Positions 28,909 to 36,441 of a stretch of DNA of 64,000 nucleotides are shown piece after piece; position 1 is the first letter of the stretch; the number at the start of each line of letters is the position of its first letter. Below the pieces are notes generated by a model that was not told the origin of the DNA, did not search any database, and saw only the letters and a list, made by a program, of their open reading frames with translations. The stretch covers positions 35,330 through 99,329 of the forward strand of contig MNDT01000006.1 in NCBI GenBank assembly GCA_001915065.1. Direction: 5' to 3'. Position numbers and translations under genes: made by a program. The stretch is from an archaeon 13_2_20CM_2_53_6 (GTDB lineage: Archaea > Thermoproteota > Bathyarchaeia > 40CM-2-53-6).

Positions 28909-29631
28909 TTGGAGCGGCTGCGCCGGTTTAGCGGGTTCGAAAGGATCAGGACCGGTCCTAGTCCAGAGGACGACGCGCTCCTCCACCTCACTCGGGAACT
29001 AGCACTGTTCTTCGACATCCGGTTCTGGTACAAACAGATTCTCTGGGGAAAGTTCAACCGTAGCGCGACCGGCTGGATGATCTCGAAACCGGTCCTCTTC
29101 TCGCCCGGACAAGTGGAACTCATGCTACCCGAATTCCTGAAGGGAAAACTGTCGCTGGACAATTGGAGGTTCTTGATTGCGATACACTTGGTCCGGTTCA
29201 AGGGTTACAATTCAGGAAGGATGATCAAGGAGGCTGGTACTACGATTCTGATCATCCTCGGCACATTCGTGCTTGCACTTGTCCTCCAAGAGATTGTCGG
29301 TGGACCGCTGGGTTCCGCTCTTTTCTTTCCTGCTTGGAGTCCCGGATTCCTGCTCGTGTCTCTCTCACTGAGAAATGGATTTAGAAAATGGGTGTTTGAG
29401 CTCGATAGGGAAGTAGCCAACAAGCTCGGCCCTGAAGGAATACTGGAAGTTCTTGACAGGATGAAATCTCTAGATCCGAAAGCAAATCCTTCGACAGGTC
29501 TGGCCCGTTTTCTGGCCTTCTGGAGTCCAAGTATCAGCGACAGAATTAACGAGTTGAGAAACCCACAGCCGATTACTCTTCCAAAGCGTATGTCTAAGCA
29601 CTTCTTGTCGGTCAATGGTCTTGGGTTGTGA
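28909..29631 (+). CDS. Membrane protein resembling M48-type peptidases but without an HExxH motif
   Basis: The C-terminal part (LDREVANKLGPEGILEVLDRM, SPSISDRINELRN) recalls HtpX/M48 C-termini. The position expected for HExxH reads AIHLVRF. The start is uncertain. Confidence 0.4.
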   Translation: MERLRRFSGFERIRTGPSPEDDALLHLTRELALFFDIRFWYKQILWGKFNRSATGWMISKPVLFSPGQVELMLPEFLKGKLSLDNWRFLIAIHLVRFKGYNSGRMIKEAGTTILIILGTFVLALVLQEIVGGPLGSALFFPAWSPGFLLVSLSLRNGFRKWVFELDREVANKLGPEGILEVLDRMKSLDPKANPSTGLARFLAFWSPSISDRINELRNPQPITLPKRMSKHFLSVNGLGL

Positions 29632-29673
29632 ATCGTAAGATACATGAACCCACAGGTAGACGGTCGAGTCCGT

Positions 29674-29793
29674 GCGGCCGTAGTCTAGCCTGGTCTAGGA
29701 CATAGCCCAGCGCGTCCAGTGGCCTTCCAAGCCAACGACCCGGGAGACCATCAAATCGGTGGTCCGGGAATTCAAATCCCGGCGGCCGCACCA
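29674..29793 (+). tRNA. tRNA-Gly (anticodon UCC) with two predicted non-canonical introns and an encoded CCA
   Basis: Acceptor GCGGCCG/CGGCCGC, UA, and D arm GUCU-AGCCUGGUCUA-GGAC. Removing 29704-29719 (16 nt) and 29745-29770 (26 nt) gives anticodon arm UUGGC-CUUCCAA-GCCAA, a 4-nt variable loop CGAC, T arm CCGGG-UUCAAAU-CCCGG, discriminator A and CCA. Folded by hand only. Confidence 0.75.
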
Positions 29794-29800
29794 CAATAAT
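29787..29800. repeat. 14-nt direct repeat CGCACCACAATAAT (att-like core, copy 1, overlapping the tRNA 3' end)
   Basis: Identical to 32341-32354. Followed by (CA)6 at 29801-29812. Confidence 0.5.
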
Positions 29801-29905
29801 CACACACACACAGAAAATTCAACTACCCATTTCTTTGACGGCCCGACGGAGGTTGACGGGATCCTCATCGAGACAGACAACATCGCCAAGAAAGCCGTTT
29901 CACGA

Positions 29906-31507
29906 TTAGGTTTTGTAGTCCCAGAATTCATGAATTTCGACGGCAAGGAGGTCGTGGACCTCGATCTGTCCATCCATAGAGTTGGCGATCCCGCTGGCGA
30001 TATCGTCTCGGCATGGAGATGTGTTCGTGTAAGGCCCGGTGCCATAGCATGTTTGGAACTGATTGACGTAAACCTCATTGATGTCATTGACGTCTACAAC
30101 CCGGTCGTTGTTTACGTCGAGAGCGCGGTTCAGATCGATTGTAACGATCCCTTGATGGATCTTGATAGCTGCGCTTACGTTGAAGGGAAGGCCTTGGTAG
30201 CTCTGGGGTCTGAAGTTTGTTCCCAGTACGAATTTCACGTCTCCGCTAGAGGGGTAGTTGATGTCGAACGTACGAGTGTAGGCTGTGCTTGACGAACCGA
30301 TTCCGTATCCCCTTGTCGTGTTTGTCACCGCAAGCGCTAGTACCCCGTTGACGGAGGTCGTGTTGTGGAGGAGACCGTTTATCGCGATGGTGACATTGCT
30401 GTAGTTGTGCGGACCTTCAGCCCATCCCAACACCTGGTTATAGCTTACGCTGATACCCGGCACGCTCACTGAGATTGCCCACGAATGCTGGAGATTCGTC
30501 CCTAATGTAGTGCGTCCGATGATATTCCAGCTGTAAGTGCCTTCAGCGTTGGGGTTGCAGGGAGCAGTTATTGAGTAGCTGGTCGATCCACTGCTACCAG
30601 GTTGGAGTTCTACTGAAGTTGGTGAAACCCTCGTTGTGAAACCGGAATGCGGGCTATCGGAGAATGAAATGTTGCCGAAAAAGTTCGGGTCAGCCGTCGC
30701 AGTCGTCGTCGTCACGGTTGTGCTGCAAGGAGCCTCCGATATACTAGCCGGGCCGGAGAGCCTGAAGTCAGGATCTGGGCCGGTAGGGCTTTCGCTGAGA
30801 TTGTACTGAGTACCGTAGCAGGTTGTCCCGTCAACCATCACTTGACACAGATACGTGACGAAAACCTGGGCATTGAACTGGACGGTGAAGCCGCTGAAGG
30901 CCTCGGGCACTTGGACTACTGTGCCGAAATCAGCATGGCTGCCGAGGACTCCCTGACGGCATGTGCTTAGACAGAATTCATCGGATGTGTCGTCATTGAC
31001 TGTCCAAGTGTACGTGAGGTTGCCGCTTCCTCCTCCGCCACTGCTCACTGCTGTGGTTGACTTGGCGGGTAGAAGCAGGCTGATCGAGATACCGCTGTAG
31101 GCCAAGGTCACGGGCGATTGGCTGCTAACAGACTGGGTCTGAGGATCAAACCGCCCGAGGTCGGCAGCTTGGCTCGGAAATTGGAAATATGTGTTGGAGA
31201 TCTGCACGACATAGCTCTGTGCGGTAGTTGCATTATGGGCGATGATGTGCATGTCCGCCCCAAAGATGTCGTGGTTGGGGTCGGCCTCGTCGTTGTCTTT
31301 CCAGATGTCTCCGGAGAGTCCCATGCAGAAATTCCCCTGCGTGCCTAAGGGTTTGCAGAGATAGGTCTGTGTTCCGGGTACACTGCCGAAAGTGTTGACG
31401 AGCGTCTCGCTAGCGTGGGCCTTTTGAATACCGGTCAATGCGAAAGCCGAAATAATTAGCAGTGAGACGAGGAGGGCGTGTCGGAGTCCGCTCCGTGCCC
31501 GCCCCGT
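29906..31507 (-). CDS. Secreted beta-rich protein with a C-terminal dockerin-like (EF-hand type) module
   Basis: Signal-peptide-like GRARSGLRHALLVSLLIISAFALTGIQKAHA/SE begins at ACG 31507. The only upstream ATG (31741) adds about 100 implausible residues. The C-terminus has LDVNNDRVVDVNDINEV (a DxNxDxxxDxxD loop) and a second, degenerate loop. Confidence 0.6.
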   Translation of the reverse strand, partial: TGRARSGLRHALLVSLLIISAFALTGIQKAHASETLVNTFGSVPGTQTYLCKPLGTQGNFCMGLSGDIWKDNDEADPNHDIFGADMHIIAHNATTAQSYVVQISNTYFQFPSQAADLGRFDPQTQSVSSQSPVTLAYSGISISLLLPAKSTTAVSSGGGGSGNLTYTWTVNDDTSDEFCLSTCRQGVLGSHADFGTVVQVPEAFSGFTVQFNAQVFVTYLCQVMVDGTTCYGTQYNLSESPTGPDPDFRLSGPASISEAPCSTTVTTTTATADPNFFGNISFSDSPHSGFTTRVSPTSVELQPGSSGSTSYSITAPCNPNAEGTYSWNIIGRTTLGTNLQHSWAISVSVPGISVSYNQVLGWAEGPHNYSNVTIAINGLLHNTTSVNGVLALAVTNTTRGYGIGSSSTAYTRTFDINYPSSGDVKFVLGTNFRPQSYQGLPFNVSAAIKIHQGIVTIDLNRALDVNNDRVVDVNDINEVYVNQFQTCYGTGPYTNTSPCRDDIASGIANSMDGQIEVHDLLAVEIHEFWDYKT

Positions 31508-31722
31508 ACGGCGACGGCCACCCCAAGGAGGGAGAGGGTTATTACGATGCCAGTAAAAAATCCCGCCCCTGCTCCCTGACCGCCAGTGTTCAGGGCCATG
31601 CCCCAAAGATAGCCAGCCACTGTAGAAAATATCACGATAAACACTCCGATGACCAGGATGAACTCCAGGGTTTGGTCCCTTCGCGGCTGACTTTGTTTGG
31701 TGGAGAACAAAATAGGAGTCAT
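31456..31722 (-). CDS. Small 2-TM membrane protein
   Basis: LEFILVIGVFIVIFSTVAGYLWGMAL and GFFTGIVITLSLLGVAVAV. It is out of frame with, and more protein-like than, the 5' extension of ORF 29906..31741. Confidence 0.45.
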   Translation of the reverse strand: MTPILFSTKQSQPRRDQTLEFILVIGVFIVIFSTVAGYLWGMALNTGGQGAGAGFFTGIVITLSLLGVAVAVRGGHGADSDTPSSSHC

Positions 31723-31775
31723 TAGAGTCCGACTTCGTCAATCCCTCCTCCTAAAAACATTCCCCACGATCTTAG

Positions 31776-32348
31776 CTAAACCCACGAATAGGAAGAAGAC
31801 CATCCAATGCGAAATCTGTGGCGCGATCTTAGTGCCCTTTTCGTCAGAACTCTCTTCCATAGGATCTTTCCAGGAAATCCAGGTTGATCGATCGAAAAGG
31901 CGAATGGTCGGATAGTTTGCCGCGTCTGACATTGGATGATGTTATAGTGTGAGTTTAGTATAGGTGTTAGAGGGGGGTGGTAGTGTGCTAGGGGGAAATG
32001 GTTTTTCTTCTCCTCTAGGTGTTTGGCGGCGAGTAGTTGTTTTCTGAGTTCTTCGTTCTCCTTTTTTGGGTCTGCGAACATTTGGCGTAGTTGTTCCATG
32101 GCTTGGTAGGCTTGTCTGCCTTCTTCCAGTCGTAGTTTCTCGACTTCGAGGCGGGCCTTCTCTACATCGAGGAGTTCTACTGTCTCGGGTGGTGCTTGCA
32201 TGAACAACATGCGTGGTTCTACCATCTTCTTCCAGTCTGCGGCGACCTGGTCGATTACTGGGATGTAGTGTGCTTGTGTGCTTCGCTTGCCGTGTCCTAC
32301 CATCTGCTTGACTACATCGGCGGGGAAACCGGTGTGTGTGCGCACCAC
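31776..32348 (-). pseudogene. Truncated tyrosine recombinase: C-terminal catalytic fragment only
   Basis: VRTHTGFPADVVKQMVGHGKRSTQAHY matches box II of tyrosine recombinases (Arg, His, and the Tyr nucleophile 9 residues after His). No N-terminal or core domain lies upstream. The frame closes at 32391-32393. The rest of the ORF is a coiled-coil-like tail of doubtful significance. Confidence 0.55.
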
Positions 32349-32354
32349 AATAAT
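32341..32354. repeat. 14-nt direct repeat CGCACCACAATAAT (att-like core, copy 2)
   Basis: Identical to 29787-29800. Preceded by GTGTGTGTG at 32332-32340. It encodes IIVVR within the recombinase fragment frame. Confidence 0.5.
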
Positions 32355-32361
32355 GTCGTCG

Positions 32362-33585
32362 TTACGATTCTTGGAAGACAGTTGTATAGATCAGCCTGTG
32401 GAACCAGTGAGGGCCTAGTTCTTCTCGAGGAGCGAATCGGCCTCTGGGTGCGAAGCCGGATCGCGCGCCCTTGCCTACGAGGCTGATCGCTTCTATATCC
32501 TCAGCGTCGACTTGTTCGTTGAGCCAGACCTTGTTTCTTTGGTTGAACTTCGCTTCGTCCAATGAATATTGGAACCAGTGAAACCTGGTCCTATCAGGTC
32601 TTCCCTGCACCGGCATATGCTGGTTAACAGAAAGGCCCATGGGTAGAAGTTGAGGGTAGTGTTGGGAAAGATGAACCACCAGAGGGCGAAGACCCGCTTG
32701 TCGCCATCGTTGGGATCCTTGAACCGAGTCACAACTTGTTCCGGAGCAAACCCTTCCTTCGGTCGGCGAGCATAAGCCCACTGTAGCGCACTATATTGAT
32801 GGAGTTCTGTCGTGTACGTTTCTAGGTCAATAGCGTCAGCCAGTCCTCCAGGTCCTTTATGGACGAAGCGAATGTGATAATTGTCCATGTAGTTCCAAGC
32901 ATGCTGCTTCCAATTACCGTCAACCTCTCGGACCTCATCGGCAACCGGTCTGTACTTGAAGGACTCAAGGTCGATTCCAGGGATAGACTCCTTGACGTTT
33001 TCTATAATCTTCTTGAAAGGTGCCAAGGGCTCTCCTAGGCATAGAAGTGAGCGGACCCCAGTTCTCAACAAGCAGTTTTCTTAGATTGTCAGACTCTCTC
33101 GGGAAATCCTCTAGCTTCTCAAAGCCCTCGTGAGATACGAATCTTCCCTCAGAGTCAAACTCACGTCCGTGTTGGGGGCAGACAATGGAGCCGCCGATGC
33201 TGGCCGATTCTACGAGAGGATGCCAAGCATCGGTGCAGACGTTCGGAAAGCAGTTGATTTCCCTTTTGGAGTTCGTTTGAAGGAAGAGAGGTTTTCCCAA
33301 GAGCGAGAATGGGACTCGGGAACCCGGTTTGCGGAGAAGTTCGGAGAAGTCTGTTGAACGAACAGGTGAGTCATGATGAGGGACGAGCATCCAGGTCCTG
33401 TTGAAAATCGTTCCTAATTCGAATTCGAGAAAGTCGGAGTCTACGAACGCTAAATCTGGCAATGATTCCGCTCTTCTAATATCTGGATCTACGAGGAAGT
33501 CTTTGTTCGAGAACTCCCGCATAATAGAAATCCAACCTTTCGCACAAAAAACGCGAAGGGTCTTGTATATAGTGACATGAGTCAA
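32362..33585 (-). pseudogene. Rieske non-heme iron oxygenase alpha-subunit-like gene disrupted by two frameshifts
   Basis: Three collinear ORF pieces (33585-32965, 33071-32493, 32781-32362). They carry a Rieske-like CTDAWHP...CPQHG, the catalytic DNYHIRFVH, and C-terminal FPNTTLNFYPW / GLSVNQ...EDIEAISLVGKGARSG...HWFHRL. The frame switches near 33055 and near 32640. Confidence 0.7.
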
Positions 33586-33600
33586 TTCTGTGTCTTCGAT

Positions 33601-34059
33601 TCACATGGGTCCTCTAGTCCCGTATCGTTTGATCCATCCTTCTATCGTGTTCTTCCAGGTCTCTGCGTAGAGTTTGTCTGCGTCTGTTAGGCAGGCTTCG
33701 AATTCTCTAACGAGTTCTTGACTAACCGATCTTCTGCCAAGTTCACTCAGCTCTTTCACAAGCGCTTCCGATTCCGGCTCGTCAACTTCGTCGCCAGTCT
33801 CGGTCCAGTACCTTCGCTCGTATTCGAGGCTCGCCTTCAACCTTGATAGCCGCGACCTGAAGAGCACCTCGTCCAGTGCATGTCCAGGCAGTTCGTGGCC
33901 ACTTTGGGCGGGCACAGAAGCGACGCTTCCATTGTCAACCGCCAGCCGGACAAGTGTTTCTACAGCCTCACCAGGACGCAGTTTCTCCGCCTTGCAGAGT
34001 TGCTGAAACTGTTTGAAGAGGACCCGGTCTATTCTAAGACCCGTCTGCTGCTTAGACAT
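33601..34059 (-). CDS. Hypothetical protein with an N-terminal ribbon-helix-helix-like segment
   Basis: GLRIDRVLFKQFQQLCKAEKLRPGEAVETLVRLAV has the RHH pattern. The remainder is helical and acidic. Confidence 0.4.
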   Translation of the reverse strand: MSKQQTGLRIDRVLFKQFQQLCKAEKLRPGEAVETLVRLAVDNGSVASVPAQSGHELPGHALDEVLFRSRLSRLKASLEYERRYWTETGDEVDEPESEALVKELSELGRRSVSQELVREFEACLTDADKLYAETWKNTIEGWIKRYGTRGPM

Positions 34060-34293
34060 CGCTACAATATAGATCTAGATTTCGCACTAAAGCGGGAGAG
34101 CCGACCGACAAACACACAGGACCCAGCCCTGCTGGGCCCTGCTCACAACCAGAACCCGGGAACAGTACGCATTTGAAATTGGACTAAGCCTCGATGTTAC
34201 CATTCACGGTTACCAAACCCGTGACCACCGCACAAATCTCAAAAAGCAATTGATCCTCGCGTCACAAAAAGTGAGAAACTGGACCCGCGGACC

Positions 34294-34632
34294 CTACGGT
34301 CGCTTGATGTTTGTAACTCGCAGCTTGAACTGGAGCGTCTTGCCTGCCATCGGGTGACTGCCAGACTTTCCATAGGCCTTCTCGGGCGGAATAACGACCT
34401 CCTTCTCCTCGTTCATCTTCATCCCGATCAACGCCTCTTCGAAACCCACGACGACCTTGCCCGTCCCGAGGGTAACTTGGAGGGGCTTGTAGTCGCGGGC
34501 CGCGTTATAGAGCCCAGCGTTCTTTGCTTCCTTCTCCATCGACGTGTCGAAGACCTTTCCACCAGGAAACCGTCCAAGATAGTGAACCGAGACAGTATCG
34601 CCCTTCTGCGCTTTCAGGTCGCTCTGGCTCAT
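34294..34632 (-). CDS. FKBP-type peptidyl-prolyl cis-trans isomerase
   Basis: GDTVSVHYLGRFPGGKVFDTS and VVGFEEALIGMKMNEEKEVVIPPEKAYG. Confidence 0.85.
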   Translation of the reverse strand: MSQSDLKAQKGDTVSVHYLGRFPGGKVFDTSMEKEAKNAGLYNAARDYKPLQVTLGTGKVVVGFEEALIGMKMNEEKEVVIPPEKAYGKSGSHPMAGKTLQFKLRVTNIKRP

Positions 34633-34718
34633 GAGAAGTCGTCAAAACGCGCTCTCAGTCGGTCTAAATAGCTAACGGCAAGCCGAGAAAACGAGCCCGA
34701 CGACCCTCCTAACCTAGT

Positions 34719-34726
34719 CTTATAGA
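34719..34726 (+). promoter_or_regulatory. Candidate TATA box for a near-leaderless transcript of 34752..35027
   Basis: CTTATAGA is centred about 29 nt upstream of the ATG at 34752. This is spacing logic only. Confidence 0.3.
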
Positions 34727-34751
34727 AGAGCTAGCCCCTTCTGGGAGAGCT

Positions 34752-35027
34752 ATGATGTCTGAGAAGCAGACCCCCAAAGCCCGCTTCTCCACAAAACTCC
34801 CAAATGGAGACTTTCTAGGAGTCACCATATGGCAAGGCAAAACCGACCCCAGCGCGGAAGTCGTAACCGTCCAGATCCGCCACCCCACCGGAGAAGGCTG
34901 GGAGACTACGGCGCGAATAGCTCTTTATCGTACCCCCGATGGGAAGTACTCCCTGCTCCCGGAGAGACCGGTAACGAAGTCTTCAGAAAAGACCGAGCCG
35001 GTATCTATAGAGGCACAAGGAGAATAG
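34752..35027 (+). CDS. Small hypothetical protein
   Basis: ORF with a tandem ATG and protein-like composition. No family recognised. Confidence 0.35.
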   Translation: MMSEKQTPKARFSTKLPNGDFLGVTIWQGKTDPSAEVVTVQIRHPTGEGWETTARIALYRTPDGKYSLLPERPVTKSSEKTEPVSIEAQGE

Positions 35028-35033
35028 GAAAAA

Positions 35034-35435
35034 ATGGCAACAAGCGAGATAATGCTGGAAGAGACCCCCTACCTGAACCTAACCACACGAGGCAGGAAGA
35101 CCGGGCTAAAGCATGACGTGGAGCTATGGTTCGCCTTCGAAGACTACAAGCTCTATTTCCTCGCCCACGAATCCTCACACTGGTGGAAGAACATCGCCAA
35201 GACCCCAAGGATCGAGGTGGAAGTCTCAGAGATCCTCTTCGAAGGAAAAGGAAGAATAGTCCAGGACAAGCTCGACCACATCTTCGAACTATTCCGACGC
35301 AAGTACGGACCAGAACAGGTCGAGAGATGGTACGGCGCCAGCAGATCAAAGAGACGGGCGGTTGAGATAGAGCTGGGAAGAGTCCTCGGAAAGAGGCCTA
35401 GCAGCAGGAACCAGCTCCTAGAGATAGCCATATAG
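35034..35435 (+). CDS. Split beta-barrel flavin/deazaflavin-dependent oxidoreductase family protein (DUF385/PNPOx-like)
   Basis: LNLTTRGRKTGLKHDVELWFAFEDYKLYFLAHESSHWWKNIAKTPRIEVEV matches the pattern of F420H2-dependent nitroreductase-like proteins. cofD is present in the same window. Confidence 0.6.
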   Translation: MATSEIMLEETPYLNLTTRGRKTGLKHDVELWFAFEDYKLYFLAHESSHWWKNIAKTPRIEVEVSEILFEGKGRIVQDKLDHIFELFRRKYGPEQVERWYGASRSKRRAVEIELGRVLGKRPSSRNQLLEIAI

Positions 35436-35468
35436 CAAGTCGACAAGCTCCACGCAGAACGAACGGTC

Positions 35469-35732
35469 ATGGCCTACGGTCTGGCAGAGGGCTTCAGAAA
35501 GACGGTCGTGCGACTAGGCGGCAAAAAGAAAAACCGAGCGGTCGTCATAGCGACATTCGGCAACCACTTCAGCATGAACGACGCCCTAGAAAGATTCCGA
35601 AAGGAAGGCCTACAATTCGAAACCGAGAAAGGCCACATCGTCAAGATCTACCTGGACAAGAATACGAAGGAGAGAGCGGAACAGGTTCGAAGTATCATAC
35701 GCGAGCACCTCGGCTACGTCGAACCGTTGTAG
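35469..35732 (+). CDS. Small hypothetical protein
   Basis: ORF with an ATG and balanced composition. No family recognised. Confidence 0.35.
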   Translation: MAYGLAEGFRKTVVRLGGKKKNRAVVIATFGNHFSMNDALERFRKEGLQFETEKGHIVKIYLDKNTKERAEQVRSIIREHLGYVEPL

Positions 35733-35781
35733 ACCATTCCACAATCTAATTCTACCGCTCGCGTTCTGAGCCATTCAGCCA

Positions 35782-36441
35782 TTGACAGTACGCAAATTCG
35801 TCATGGTCAGCTTCGACGTTGACAAGACTCTATTCCGCAAACCCGCACTAACCACCGTTGCGAGAGCCCTCGGGATCGGTGAGCGGTGGGACGGGCTCGA
35901 CGAGATGGAACAAAAGAAGCGAATAACCATCGGCCAATGCCTTGCCCGACAATACGAGCTTCTCGTCGGCATGAAACTCCAAGATGTTCTCCGCGAAGTG
36001 TCGAAGGTTGAGATGATGCGGAACATCCGGGAGACCGTCGACAAGCTCCTCGGCCAAGGCCTACAGGTCATCCTCACCACCGACAACCCAGACTTCCTAT
36101 GCCAATACCTCGTGGAACATTTCGGCTTCAACGGATTCGTATCATCCAAGGTGGCAGTCAAGAACGGCGTCATCTCCGATGATATCGAGCCTTTACCGGA
36201 CAAGAGGCTGGGCATCAGGAAGTACTGCGCATGGATGTCCATCCCTCTAAGCAAGGTCGTACACGTCGGCGACGGATTAAACGACGTGCCGGTCTTCCGA
36301 GTCGTCGGCTACTCTATCGCGCTAAACACGAACATAGACAAGGTCAAGAAAGCAGCCTCATACCAAATGGAGACGGATAACCTGCTGGGCGTGTACGAGC
36401 ATATTCACGCGGTAATGTCGAAGCCAGCATCAGTAGATTAG
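35782..36441 (+). CDS. HAD superfamily hydrolase (subfamily IB, phosphoserine phosphatase-like)
   Basis: Motif I VSFDVDKTL, motif II ILTTDN, motif IV GDGLNDVPVF. Confidence 0.75.
   Translation: MTVRKFVMVSFDVDKTLFRKPALTTVARALGIGERWDGLDEMEQKKRITIGQCLARQYELLVGMKLQDVLREVSKVEMMRNIRETVDKLLGQGLQVILTTDNPDFLCQYLVEHFGFNGFVSSKVAVKNGVISDDIEPLPDKRLGIRKYCAWMSIPLSKVVHVGDGLNDVPVFRVVGYSIALNTNIDKVKKAASYQMETDNLLGVYEHIHAVMSKPASVD

Larger units (their letters stand above)
29787..32354. mobile_element. Remnant of an element integrated at the 3' end of tRNA-Gly
   Basis: Bounded by the 14-nt direct repeats. The inner flanks CACACACAC and GTGTGTGTG are mutually reverse-complementary. A recombinase C-terminal fragment starts exactly at the distal repeat and reads inward. 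No intact integrase is present. Confidence 0.45.

Noticed and set aside
29801-29812. The (CA)6 / (GT)4.5 tracts and other short repeats as a CRISPR array or microsatellite locus
   Set aside because: No repeat-spacer periodicity exists anywhere in the window. The two dinucleotide tracts are better explained as inverted arms of the att-like site.
29759-30292. ORFs 29759..30292 (+) and 29800..30087 (-), next to and overlapping the tRNA. The latter was considered as the missing N-terminal integrase half.
   Set aside because: The plus ORF starts inside the tRNA gene and runs antisense to the secreted protein. The 95-aa minus ORF is in a different frame from the IIVVR core reading, has no integrase-like sequence, and overlaps the better 611-aa frame.
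31508-31741. N-terminal extension of about 100 aa on the 611-aa ORF, from ATG 31741
   Set aside because: The extension is G/R/H/W-rich and precedes a perfect signal peptide. The same DNA encodes a more plausible 2-TM protein (31456..31722) in another frame.
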